Notes under the pieces: model-generated
The model's input: only the letters and a program-made list of their open reading frames with translations
Database searches by the model: none
What the model was told of the DNA's origin: nothing
Program-made: the position numbers and the translations under genes
Origin: Fimicolochytrium jonesii
Taxonomy: Eukaryota
Reading direction: 5' to 3'
Assembly: GCF_025526975.1 (NCBI RefSeq)
Contig: NW_026515673.1
Location: forward strand, 124,001-188,000
Length of the DNA: 64,000 bases
Shown here: piece after piece, positions 39,729 through 51,495 of the stretch
How positions within the stretch are numbered: the first letter of the stretch is position 1
Layout: each line of letters starts with the position of its first letter

Positions 39729-41061
39729 CTAAAAAGCCCCCACCCGCCTCCCCGCCTCCAAAATCCTCTCCACAACATCCTCGACACCCATCCCATTCTT
39801 GACCTGCGTAAACAGCGTCGGCCCCCCATCACGCATCCTATCCGCGTCGCGCCGCATCACAGCGAGGTCGGCGCCGATGTACGGCGCGAGGTCGGTTTTG
39901 TTCACCAGGAGGAGGTCGGATTGCGTTATGCCTGGGCTGTGTAGGGGAGGAGATCGGGGCATGAGTGAGGCGTGTGAGTCTTCGTTTGAGACAGGGAGGA
40001 AAGGGGGACGTACCCGCCCTTGCGCGGGATTTTGTCGCCGCCGCTGACGTCAATAACCTGTTTTTGTTTGTCGTTCGTGGGAGAGTTAATCAGTCTGGCG
40101 TGCGGGCCGTTTCGAACGCCGCTCCCACCCATCGCCCACCGCACACCCACATAAATGATATAATCCGCCAACTCCCTCGAATAATTCGCGGCCAGATTAT
40201 CCCCCCCGCTCTCCACCAACAACACCTGGGTTCCGAACTCGGCCTGCAGCTGTTCCAACGCCTCGAGATTTGCTGAAATGTCTTCGCGGATCGCGGCGTG
40301 CGGGCAGCCGCCGGTTTCGATGGCGCGGATCCGGCGCGGGTCGGGGAGGGCTTGGTTGCGGATTAAGAATTCGGCGTCTGGAAGGGAAGAGAGTGAGGGG
40401 GTTAGCTTGTGATGATCAGATATGGGGCAGGGGGGTTGTTGTAGTGTAACCTTCGCGTGTGAAGATGTCGTTGGTAACGGCGGCGATTGAGACGGTGTTT
40501 TGGAGGGCTTTGCAGAGTGCGAGCTGGGGGATAAGGGGATTGAGTGTGGGTACTTTGGTGCAGGAAACGTCAAGGGATCGGATTATCCTCACCATCAACG
40601 CTGTTTTGCCTGGAACGGATCCAAACGAAGAACAATAAATCAGGAGTGGCGTTTGTAGATCTCACGATCCATAAACGGCTAGCATACCTGAGCCCACCGG
40701 TCCGCCGATTCCAACCTAGCACACGACCCGTCAGTGGTAGAACCCAAAACAGAAGAACACCAAACCACAAAGACCAGTTCCCAACTTCCTCCCGCAAGAT
40801 GGGGCCTCGCATCCCCTCCTCCATCCCCTTCAGCCATACCGTAAAAGCCCTCTCAGACCAATCCCTAGTCGAAATCGGCGTATCTCTATCCAAGTATCGC
40901 CCGGGGTGTTCCATGTGTTCATGGGTGTGGCCATGGTCGTTGCCGCCGCCGTGATGATCGTGGCCGTGACTGTGGGCGTGGTCGGCCGGGTTGGAGCCTG
41001 CCGCGCCGGTGTTGGCGTAGGAGGGATGGTGCAGTTCGAGGCGGACTGTTTGGTTTGCCAT
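39729..41061 (-). CDS. ureG: Urease accessory GTPase UreG (7 exons incl. 28-nt and 17-nt microexons)
   Basis: His-rich N-terminus, [20 protein letters not shown] (P-loop after splicing), [66 protein letters not shown]. Confidence 0.96.
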
Positions 41062-41474
41062 CTTTGCTGGCTGTGCTGAAAACGATGAGCGGCTTCACAG
41101 TTGTCGGGGGCCTTCACAGTACACGCTTCAACCCATAGTACACCACATATGATCCCATATGAATGGACGCGTCAATGCGCGCAATGTAACAGAGAATTCG
41201 ATTTTGATTACAACATATTTAACAACTGATTAGGGGAATCGATTTTTCATTTTTCATGGCAACAGATTAGCCTCATGATTAGCTTCCACACACTCCCCCA
41301 ATGAGAGGATGTCATATAGAAGACAGCCTGCACTCGCTCCCCCTCACGTTTTCCCTATGCTTTCAACAGCACTTTTATGCCATCTTCAACACATCACACA
41401 TCACACCATCTCTCTCCTTTCCTTTGCAACGCGGTCACTCGACCAAATGAGGCACATCAGGACGCTGCAGAGGC

Positions 41475-42360
41475 GTGCCCGCTCGGCGGCTGCCTTCGGC
41501 CTCTGTCGAGTGGATTCAGAGGCTCGAAGAGTATTGGACGAACACAAAGCCAACCGAATGGTCGACCTACGACTATTGCCAATCGTGGCTGTTGAAGTTC
41601 CCGAACGGCACAAAGACGACGCTGTTCAGGCATTTCAAGAGGGACTTGAAGGTCCTGTATTCCGGGGTGGCTGCCAAGAGCAATCAGGACAGAGTGAAAG
41701 CCATGTCGAGCAGCCTTGACAAGAAGAAAGGTAGAGCCTACGACGATATAACAAATTTCACGCAGAAGTGCTTCGCCCAGGTTGCGAAGGCGGCCCGCGA
41801 CACCCGCGACTTGACGACGAAGGGCGCCGCTCGAGCCCAAGTTGGCATGACGAGGAAGGCGGCGCGAGCGATGGCAATGATGCACGGAGGTGCAAATGAT
41901 GGCGACAGCGATGATGCTGAGCAGGACAACGATGAGGAGTACGAGGGGTCCGAAAGCGACCATGAGGACAGTGATGACGGAGTGGAGGAAGATCTCTTGC
42001 CGGGGTACGAGGCCGATGAAGCTTGTACCACCGATGTTGCCAGCTGGCTGACTGGAGTGACTCGACCTCGTGGACACCTCTCTGAATATGTTCGCTTGGG
42101 AGAACATCCGCCTTCTCAGCGAGAGCGAATACGATGAAATCAGCGAAAGCGACGCTCTGGATCTGTCGTGCGAGGCCTTTTTAGCCATGGAGAAGTGCCG
42201 ATTCAACGGGTTATTCAAAGACGACGTGCCCGAAGCGGACCGCGGCAACCTGTGGATACCCGCCGTCACTTCACAGTTGCTCTCTACGACCTCGGCCGCA
42301 CAGCTGGGTGCGAAAAGCTGGGCTTTGAAACAAAGTATCTTCACAACGCAGGTACAGTAA
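41475..42360 (+). pseudogene. Unknown protein gene fragment, probably frameshifted
   Basis: ORF 41475-42137 reads like protein (LEEYWTNTKPTEWSTYDYC..., acidic tract) and appears to continue in another frame at 42070-42360 without an obvious intron. No family recognised. Confidence 0.35.
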
Positions 42361-43590
42361 CTACGACATTCTCCATATCATGCATCATGCGGGTGATCGT
42401 TTCGCAAACCAGCAACCTTCAATTCAACCAGGAAACGAGGCGTACTGGACCCTCATGGCATTCCTGTCCATGCCGGAGGCCTGATACTCTTTGTTTCTGT
42501 TTGGGCAGCTTTGGATTGCTTGCCGCGGCGTATACCCGTAGAATTTGATTCGTTCCCCTATTGTATATTCAAGAAAAAACCGCACAATGCGCGCCCATTC
42601 ATTCGTTGGGCACACTTCCCAATCTAGATGCCCGCATGTGCAAGAATATGCCATTCTACCATGCACGTGCATCCTCATTCTCGCAAGCTAATCTACTGTA
42701 TGCAAGCCACGCATCAGGGGAGCATCGCTCAGGGCTAGGTGGCCGGCTCGCCCAACACCGCTGAATCGGTAGGGCGTCCGAAAATCACCGCTTGGATACC
42801 TTACGGGCGCCCCCTACGTCCCCATCCCAACCTCGTCTCCATAGTCAGAACCGCAACCGCCCAGACCCAACCCCGCAACTTGCAAGCGTGCCCCCGGTTC
42901 TCCGTCTCGATCAGCCTAGCCGAAACCTCTCATGATTTTCACGACTCGCGGGCCAGACAGGGTAGAGAGTCCAGTATCCTCGCAACGCTCCGTCTACGCC
43001 CCCATCCTTGCGTCCTCGTGCGTCCTCGCCGTCCGTCATCGACTGATCTGCCATGGTTTCGGTTCTACGAGGATCGCGAACTGGCCGGACCCGGCGACAG
43101 ATGAGTCTGCCACGTTCGGGGGTTTGCCGAATGCGCGCGTCACATCAGAGAGAGACCATCCGAGGACCGCGTCTTGGGGTGGTGAGAGGAGGGAGACCAA
43201 GATTCCTGGACGTCTGATGCCGCTTCCCTCCTTACTTCATCTCCACGTCTTTGCCGTTCTCACATGTTGCATTTGCGTGTATCGGGGTAGCGAAGGAGGT
43301 AGGGTGTCGTGTGTCGTTTCACCGTTCCATATTGCGGGACTACGGTCTCTTGTCGCAGCGCAATGCGATCTCGTGGAACAATCCGGAATGCGATGAAGGA
43401 TGAGGTAATCGGGGAACAAGCTGAACGCGGGCATCATCCCAAACCGCAACGAAAATGAGCCCGGGTGACTTCCGTGTCGCACCTCCATGTCACCCGGCCG
43501 GGAGCGCGTCCAGCTTCAGCATTCGGCCACCGAGATACTCCTTCTCAGCGCACCGAAAAAGACACAAAAGTCCGCACATCCCCAGCTTAC

Positions 43591-46515
43591 TCACGACCGC
43601 CTCCCCCGCCGCTGAAATCGTCTCAAATCCAACTGCACGGCCCCCGCACCACCACCCCCACCACCCAGCCCAACCTGTCGATAAATCTCCCTCGCAATCT
43701 GCTCCACATCCCCCACACCTCCCTGTGCCGTATCCCACGTACCCCCGATATCAAGCACCTGCCGCACAATCTGCGTCAGCAAATCCGGAGTCAACGACGG
43801 GAAGTTAGACACCTGTATCCCTCCTCCCCCACCGTCCTCGCCTCTACCGGGGTTCAAAAACCTCCCCGCAAGCAGTCCCGGAATCGTCCCCCTCATCCTC
43901 GGATCCCTCCTCAAACAAGATTTCAGATCCTCCACAACCGTGGCGTCGCCGCACTCCTCGTACCCAATCTCATACCCCGGGTCGACGATACACTGCAGCT
44001 TCTTCATCACGGGTAGATGCGCAAAGGGTGGCCGGCCGTAGACGAGTTGGTACAGGATGCAGCCGAGCGACCAGACGTCCGAGGAGCGGCCGAGTTTCAG
44101 ATACTGCCGTTTAGTGGTGTTGTTGCTGCTGCCCCCGTGGACGGGGAAACTGGTCGTCGTCTGGTCCGCAAACGCGATCGCCTCCGGCGCCATGTAATTG
44201 ATCGTGCCCGTCTGGTGGTCCCGCTGGATATTCGTCGTGTCGTTGGGTATCGATTTCGCGATCCCGAAATCGATCAACTTAAGGGATCCTTCAACCAGAA
44301 GAAAGTTAGCGGGTTTGAGGTCCGAGTGGATGATGTTCTCCTCGTGGATGGCGTGCACGGCGCGGAGCATCTGTTCCCAGTACATTCGCACGAAATTCAG
44401 GCTCAGTCGGGGCCCCTCGGATGCTCCATTCTGCTCCTTCTGCAGCATGTGCGCGAGGTCGATCTCGCCGTACTCCAGCACCATGAGCATATGCCCCTCC
44501 GGTTCGTTCAGTTCCGAGTCGATGAGGCGGATGATGCGTTCGTTGCTGCTGAGCCGCTTCAGGAGGGCGATCTCGTTGAGGTAGCCTTCGATCGCGCTGT
44601 CTTCTTGCCCGCGGAGTTTTACTTTTTTAAGGGCGTAGAGTTTTTTGTCCTCCGCCATGATCTTGTAGACTTTGCTGCTGCCGCCGCGGCCGATGAGTTC
44701 GAGCTTCTTGTATACGACCCCGTTGACGGCGACGTTTGATTTGTCCTTTTGTCCTGTCGCTTGGAAATCGACAGGGTGATGCCACTGTTGCCGTTGGTGC
44801 GCGGTTCGGGGCATGATTGTGGGCGTAGAACCGTAAGTGTCTTGCTGTGGATACGTGTTTTGGTTCGGTAGTGGTGTGGCAGCAACCGGGTTACGCTCAC
44901 CGCCGGTCAAATAGCTCCCGTCCGGCCGCTGCATCGCAGACCTCGGTACACTCATATGAGGCTGTTGTTGATCACTCGCGGTCGACAGCGCGCGACGGAG
45001 AAACGGCCGCGCAGTGAGAGACGGCGTAGCCTGACTCCACGCCTGTTTCGAAATACTGGTTTCTATATGTGGTGGTTTGGTCGATCCTGCTGGTGCTCGA
45101 AGGGATGCTGAAGCGAGAGGCGTAGCAGCACCGTACTGGGTGTGGATGGGCGCGACCGGTATGATTGTGGCGGGCTGTTCTTGGACGGTGGGTAGCGGTG
45201 GCCCATTGACCGGGATGTTTTCTTTGTCTTTGTAAGCGGAGCTAGGAGGTTCGATGTCAACGGAATATGGTGGTTTGCGTTCTGAGAGCGGCGGTGCGTT
45301 GATGACTGGTGCGACATCAGGAATCTCTGTGGGAGAGGAAATGGGTAGTTCTGCCAAGGAGATTTCATCAGTAAAGGCTGCTCTTTTCGATGAAATCATG
45401 CAGCCCCAAATAAACCAGCTAAGCTACCTTCAGCCAAATACGACACATCCATAAGGGTACTTGACGTGTTATCATCCGATCTCGCAACCGAGACGCGTCC
45501 CGGCGGGCCCATCTTCCCCAACAATCTTAACCGCGTGATGGGCCGCCTCGCACTCTGCTTCGCCATCTGCTCCGAAGGAGACACGCTGCTAGATCCCGAC
45601 GCCGAAGTGCCCTGGCTGTTCGGGCTGCCTTCATCAAACGAGTATTTGTCGATGCTCGATTCTGTTATCGATGCTTGGGCGTCGGGAACCGAGTCGTTCT
45701 TCGACTCCTGTGCTGCTTGCCCGCGCGCGTCCTCCCGTCGTCGCTCTGCTGTGACGGATTTCGAGATTGGCGCCAATGCTGCCGCTGCTGATGCTCCTGC
45801 ACCGGCCCGTCCCCCTCCTGACGCCACCCGCGCCGAAACCTTTTCCATCGTGTTTGCGCCTGACATTTCAGCCATCAGTGTCCTCATCTCTTCCATCGGA
45901 TGCGCTTTCTGGCTGATCCCAGTCAGCAGCACGTGTTTCGCGCGGTCGATATATCCTGGTGGGTTTTCGTGAGAATCCACCCCCAGTACCCGCATATGCG
46001 ATTTCTGGCAAAGGGGTGTGTCCCTTTCGTACCTGCAGCACGCTCAAACTCGGCCCACGAGGTGTAGAACTTGGCACTCCCGGCGCCGACCCGCCCTGAT
46101 TTGAGCAGTTTGAACTGGTCTCGTATTACGCTATGGTCTTCCGCTGTCGTCCTACATCGATCCATCCGTGAGCGCGTTGGGGGGAATGCCCATCCATATC
46201 TTGTCCCCTCGAAACTAAACCACCGGGGGGGCCTTACCTTTGCAGATGGATATAGTCCAGCCATATCTCCAGCAAAAAGGGGTCGTGACGATACCGATCC
46301 GTCGACAGGCTGCGGGGATGGAAATTTCAATCCGAATGCGCGCCCATTTTTCACTCACCAACACTTGCAAGTGGACTTTTCCGCCTCACACCTCCGGAAA
46401 CGAACCTTGTCGTCGCCTCCTTATGTTTCTGCATCAGCGTCCGCGCCGTGGCTCCCCGGTCTCTATCTATCCGAAGCGACTCCCACCATTCGGAAGGCGT
46501 CTTGGCGGCCGTCAT
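43591..46515 (-). CDS. MPS1: Mps1/TTK spindle-checkpoint kinase with N-terminal Bub1/Mad3-like TPR region, multi-exon
   Basis: Kinase domain YKKLELIGRGGSSKVY, YWEQMLRAVHAIHE, HSDLKPANFLLVEGSLKLIDFGIAK, DTTNIQRDHQTGTINYMAPEA, SDVWSLGCILYQLVYG; N-terminal exons YRHDPFLLEIWLDY and AKFYTSWAEFE. Start at 46515 (MTAAKTPSEWWESL) inferred. Confidence 0.92.
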
Positions 46516-47455
46516 TGTCAGATGAGCTAATGTCGTGTATGTCTACGTAGTGTTGAGCGGGGATGTCTGTTTTTCTATCGGTGTGTTGAACCCGCCCGCG
46601 CGTGCCCCTGCTGCTGCTGCTTGTTCTATGAGTGGTGGCGGGTGCATCGGCATTGTCCGTGGCGGCGGAGCGAACAGCAGGCGGGCAGGCTCAGTCCGGC
46701 TGTCGGTTTGCGTATGTATACGTAGAATGTATGGCTCTTCGGGTCGTTGGTGAGTTGCCGAGCTATGTCGGTGCCTTTTGTCGCCGGGAAGGGAAGTTTG
46801 GCGAGAGGCCCTCTGGATTGTGTCCGGATGTCTGGACACGCGCGGCCGCCCGCTTTTGGTCCACCAACAGGCACGCAACGACCGTTCTGCAAGTCGGACC
46901 TCCCACTTTCAAGTTTCAACCCAAACTTCCCAATGCTCACATGATTCCCAGAGAACTGGTCTCAAAAATGCTCAAAGATCTCACAGAAAAAAAAGCACCC
47001 ATTGTATTACACAAACTATCCATTACGTATATATAAAAGGGGGGTTGTGGTACTCATAGGACAACAAAACCATGCTCGGACAGTGCTCTCAGCGCCTGAA
47101 CGGAAACGCTGTTGCAATGATGGGATCGTCACAGCAAGGCGATGACGGGTGGGGTATGGTCGCGGTGCGTGGGATGTTCAAAAGCCCGCTCTGAAGCGGA
47201 GCCGTTCCGCCTTCTGCGGGACTGAGCGAGTCCTTCCCATCTACGTTCCGTAGGCCTCGCCGAGAGTGCGTGCTGGGTAATTAGGTGGACCGAGTGGCTT
47301 GCACATCGGGCGCAGTTATGGAGGGGCGAGTCGAGGCACCTTGTGGGTGGTGACATGTCTCCCGTCGCGGTATGTACAGGTTGCCGGCAAGTAAGTGCGG
47401 CAATTGTGCAGCGTCGAAGTTGTTGATCCCCGATGCTATCCCCGCTTCGCCCGCC

Positions 47456-49249
47456 TCACTCAGCAAAAGCAGCCGGGGCAGCCTTAGCCCCCGGCGGCCT
47501 CCGATACTGCTTGATAAACACCGCAAATACCACAATCAAGCCCGCAAACCCGGCGCTAACCGCAAACGCCACACTCAAGCTCTCCGTCAACGCCTGCTTG
47601 ATATTCGCCGCCACATCCGCGGGGTACACCTCCCCGATCCGCTGCACGTTTTTCTGCACTTCCTTGTACGGTACTCCCGGCGCATAGGTGGCCAGTTTGC
47701 TCTGCACGACGTTGTTGTACACTGCCGCGACGATACCGAGTCCAAGGGCGCCGCCGAGGGTTTGCGCAAAGTTGACCAGTGCGGTGGCGATGGCGATCCG
47801 TTGAGGTTGAACCGAGGCCTGGATCCCGATGATCCGACCCTGGATCATAGCGCCGACACCCGTGCCCGCGATGATAAGGTACCCGATGCGTTGCCCGTTA
47901 TTGGAGTTTGCGTTAAGGGTGGATATCATCGCGCATCCGACGGTGAGGATGACGCCGCCGATGTAGAAGAAGGGTACGTAGACTCCCAACCGCGACATCA
48001 GTTGGCCGCCGACGAGGGACATGAGGGAGAGGGAAAGGATAAGCGGGATGGTTTTGAGTCCCGCTTGGGTTGCCGTGTCGCCGTCAACGACCTGGAAGTA
48101 GATGGACAGGTAGAAGATGAGCGAGAACATTGCGGAGCCGAGGCAGAATGCGAGTAGGACGATGGCGGGGACGCTGCGGTTCTCGAACACCGCGGGGGGG
48201 ATGATGGGTTCCTTTGCGAATTTGAACTGTGAGTATACGAACGCGCCGAGGACGAGGAAGGCGAGGATGAAGGTGATGATGACGGGAGCGGAGCTCCATT
48301 CCCATTCCTCGCCACCCATCTGCACGGGGAGGAGGAGGAGGATGATACCGGTCACGAGGGAGGTGATGCCGAACCAGTCGACACGTTTGCATTTGGCGAG
48401 GAAGGCGCCGGTGGGGCTGGGGATGTGCAGGACGAAGAAGATGACGACGAGGGTGACGACACCGATGGGGAGGTTGATGAAGAAGCACCAGCGCCAGGAG
48501 AGGACGCCGGAGCCGTCCGCGAAGACTCCGCCAAGGAGAGGGCCGATCACGGACGCGATTCCGAAGACGGCGCCAAAGATGCCCTGGTACTTCCCCCGGT
48601 CGCGGAAGCTGACAATGTCGGCGACGATGATGAGGATCATGGAGACGACTCCCGCGGCACCGACGCCCGCGATGGCGCGCCCGATGATGAGGAAAGCCAT
48701 GCCTTGAGCGACACCGCACCACAGACTTCCAATCTCGAAGACGGCGACGGCGAACAGGAACATAGGTTTGCGGCCGAAAATGTCAGCCATTTTGCCGTAT
48801 GCGGGGGCGAAGGCGGTGGTGGTCAGCATGTAGGCGGTGGAGATCCAGGGGGCTTGGCCGAAAGCGTCAAAGTCGGTGGAGATGCGGACGATAGCGGTGG
48901 CGACGATGGTTTGGTCGAGGGCGCTTAGGAAAAGGGCCATGATCAGTGCGATGAACACGGCAACGAACTTTGCCCTCGATAGCGGGACATTGACGTGATC
49001 TGCGGACTGCAGCGCTGGCACGTCCTCGATCTTTACATTTGCGATTTCAGGGTCCTGTTCTAATGCGTCGCCGTCCTTTACGGAGGGGACGATGGGCGCT
49101 GCGTCCCCGATGGTGGTGTTTGGCGCTTTGAAGGATGCATCTTTGCTGTCGATCCGTTCAGGCTTGGCCGGGGCCTCACGTTGCAGCGTCGAGGTCGGTG
49201 TCTCGGCGAGTGTGTCGCTGGAAGCGTCGCTTCCGTTCTTGGAGTCCAT
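47456..49249 (-). CDS. MFS transporter, DHA2 (14-TM drug:H+ antiporter) family, single exon
   Basis: 597-aa ORF with LSALDQTIVATAI, YGKMADIFGRK, GRAIAGVG, GPLLGGVF, SWRWCFFINLPIG. Confidence 0.93.
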   Translation of the reverse strand: MDSKNGSDASSDTLAETPTSTLQREAPAKPERIDSKDASFKAPNTTIGDAAPIVPSVKDGDALEQDPEIANVKIEDVPALQSADHVNVPLSRAKFVAVFIALIMALFLSALDQTIVATAIVRISTDFDAFGQAPWISTAYMLTTTAFAPAYGKMADIFGRKPMFLFAVAVFEIGSLWCGVAQGMAFLIIGRAIAGVGAAGVVSMILIIVADIVSFRDRGKYQGIFGAVFGIASVIGPLLGGVFADGSGVLSWRWCFFINLPIGVVTLVVIFFVLHIPSPTGAFLAKCKRVDWFGITSLVTGIILLLLPVQMGGEEWEWSSAPVIITFILAFLVLGAFVYSQFKFAKEPIIPPAVFENRSVPAIVLLAFCLGSAMFSLIFYLSIYFQVVDGDTATQAGLKTIPLILSLSLMSLVGGQLMSRLGVYVPFFYIGGVILTVGCAMISTLNANSNNGQRIGYLIIAGTGVGAMIQGRIIGIQASVQPQRIAIATALVNFAQTLGGALGLGIVAAVYNNVVQSKLATYAPGVPYKEVQKNVQRIGEVYPADVAANIKQALTESLSVAFAVSAGFAGLIVVFAVFIKQYRRPPGAKAAPAAFAE

Positions 49250-51495
49250 GTTTGATGTCGATGGTAGGATATAGATGAACGTCGTAGAGTCCGTTTGTTG
49301 AATATGTCTTTTGTTTGGCTGAAAAGGACGTCGGGGGAAACTGGAGCAAGTCCAGCAGCTTTTGTATCGCCTCCCTGTTTATGACACTGGCGAAAGACAC
49401 GGAACACGGCCACCAAAAGAAAAGCTGCCACTCGGACTGTCCGCCAACTCCGAATGAAGAACGGTTGGCCCTATTTTTATTGTTTTCTCACTTGCTGGTC
49501 CACTGGCCCACGACGCTGGTTCCGATATACAGTACAAGCTGTTTCCGTTTCTCTCTCTCGTCTTACGCTTTCCCGACGCTGTTCCTTCTCGCGTCATGGG
49601 CACAACTCTCTTACATGCAGCACAAAACAAAGGCGCCGCTGCCCTTCCCGAGTCCTGACAAATACGCCATATGTAGACTCATACATATCACACTTTCCTC
49701 GATTCCTCTCGCATCCATCGATGTGAGGGATGTTATGGGGAGTTGGTTAGTTCACGGGGACTGATCGGCGTCATATTTTTTCGCATCGAGGCCGCAGATC
49801 CGGCGGGAACAGTGCGTCCTGTCACTCCTGTTTTTTGCCCACAATCCATGTCCGAAGTCCGAAAGACATGGGGGAGCACTGCACCGCAGTCCGAGCCACA
49901 GGTAGCCGGCTAAACTAACCATGTGCGCGCGTCTCCGAGGGGAATGCAGTTTATCCGAAGTGTCTCCCACGGGAAAGTTCTCAAAGCGTGTGACGTGTGA
50001 CATCACCAGTGCGGAAGTTGATGGAAGTCGGACTTCTTTTTTCTCTGAGAACGTGGCGGGCGTCGAGATGGTGGACATCTCATCAAGTTCCTTGTGCAAT
50101 CGGAACGCGGCTTGGACATGAGACGAGTGCGTCCACCCGGCGGAATTATATGGAAGGACGCATGCTCCAAGTCCTTCGGGACGGACGGAGGTCACCGTCG
50201 CCAACAAAAGACTCCCTTCAAATCGCTCCGAGAAATGGAACTGTCTCGCAAACGAATAGCGGCGGGCCGCCGGTGACATTTGATTAACAGCGAAGCGATG
50301 TCGATATCGCAATGTCGATTCTTAAGCAGGAAGCCAAGCAGCTGCCGATCTTGCGACCCTCGAAGATCACAATTTAACTCTTCTCAATTTCGTCATTCTG
50401 GCCCAGAGAAACCATCTTCTCAAAACGCACGGCACGCAAGAAGGAGGCCATTTCAGGATCTACGTACTATACGAATCTACAGTGCAATAGGTAAGCCGCG
50501 CGCCGGTGGTGTGCTCATTGTGCTGCTTACTGGATAAGCGGTATTCGGTCGGCGACTGCAAACGGGCCCATGGAAGATGCGAGACGGTTCGGGAAGGGGG
50601 AAAACGCGTCGTGAGCCAAAGCGTAGGGATACGCGCAACCTGCCGCGTGCCTGTTGTCTTCTTGAATCCAAGCCAAGTCACCAGCCCCTTTCCACCTCCC
50701 TCAGGGAAGTAAAAGGTGACCTCTTCCCCCATGCACTCTCCTGCAGCGGACCGACCGGCCCTCTCGCTTCCATTTTCCGTAAGGTCATGGGGCCCTCGCC
50801 CATGGGGGTGCCACTGATAAAGTGGGATGCCCCCCGGCTTGGGCGAAAAGAGATTCCTTTCAGCGTCGGGGTGGTTATATATTTGGCAAACGTTGGAACT
50901 CTGGATGGGAAGTCCTTGCGATAGTGTCTGACATACTATCCCTCGCTCTCTCTCTTTTACTACCCTCACGAGGACCTTCTACGACATATCGCAAGAATGT
51001 TGCTGGTGGAAGTTGCGGGTGGGTATGTGACATCAACGACGGTTAAGCTTCTTTTACGAAGAAGGTTGCGCTAGCTCTCAAATAGCACGGGTGGGAAACT
51101 TAGCGAACAGTCATGGATTTTGGCCACCCAGTGTGGCAACTAAAGGCAGGTAATGGGCCCGGCCCTTAACTAAGCCTACCTGATATACGGCGCAACGCTG
51201 CCGCCACCGATTGTGTTGATGATTCGCAAGGTGCCGGACAGGCGTCTTTGATCGAGATGACTATGCTATGTTTTGTACCCGCTTGCGATCATCAATGCAG
51301 GTTGGCAACCAAGTTGATGGAGGTAAGCGGGGTACAGCCAACGGACATAAAGCTGTGCACCCCTTGAGACTAAGTCAGTAACCGGTCGCGTTGCCGCAAC
51401 TGATTTAGACGCGGACTCATCATCCTTAGTCTCGGGGATCAATAAGGAACCTAATCTAGATGAAATCTAGATTCGGTTCCTGCCTAATACCCTTA

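Noticed and set aside
49300..51270. Short ORFs upstream of the MFS gene
   Set aside because: No recognisable motifs or consistent codon bias; probably promoter plus decayed repeat sequence.
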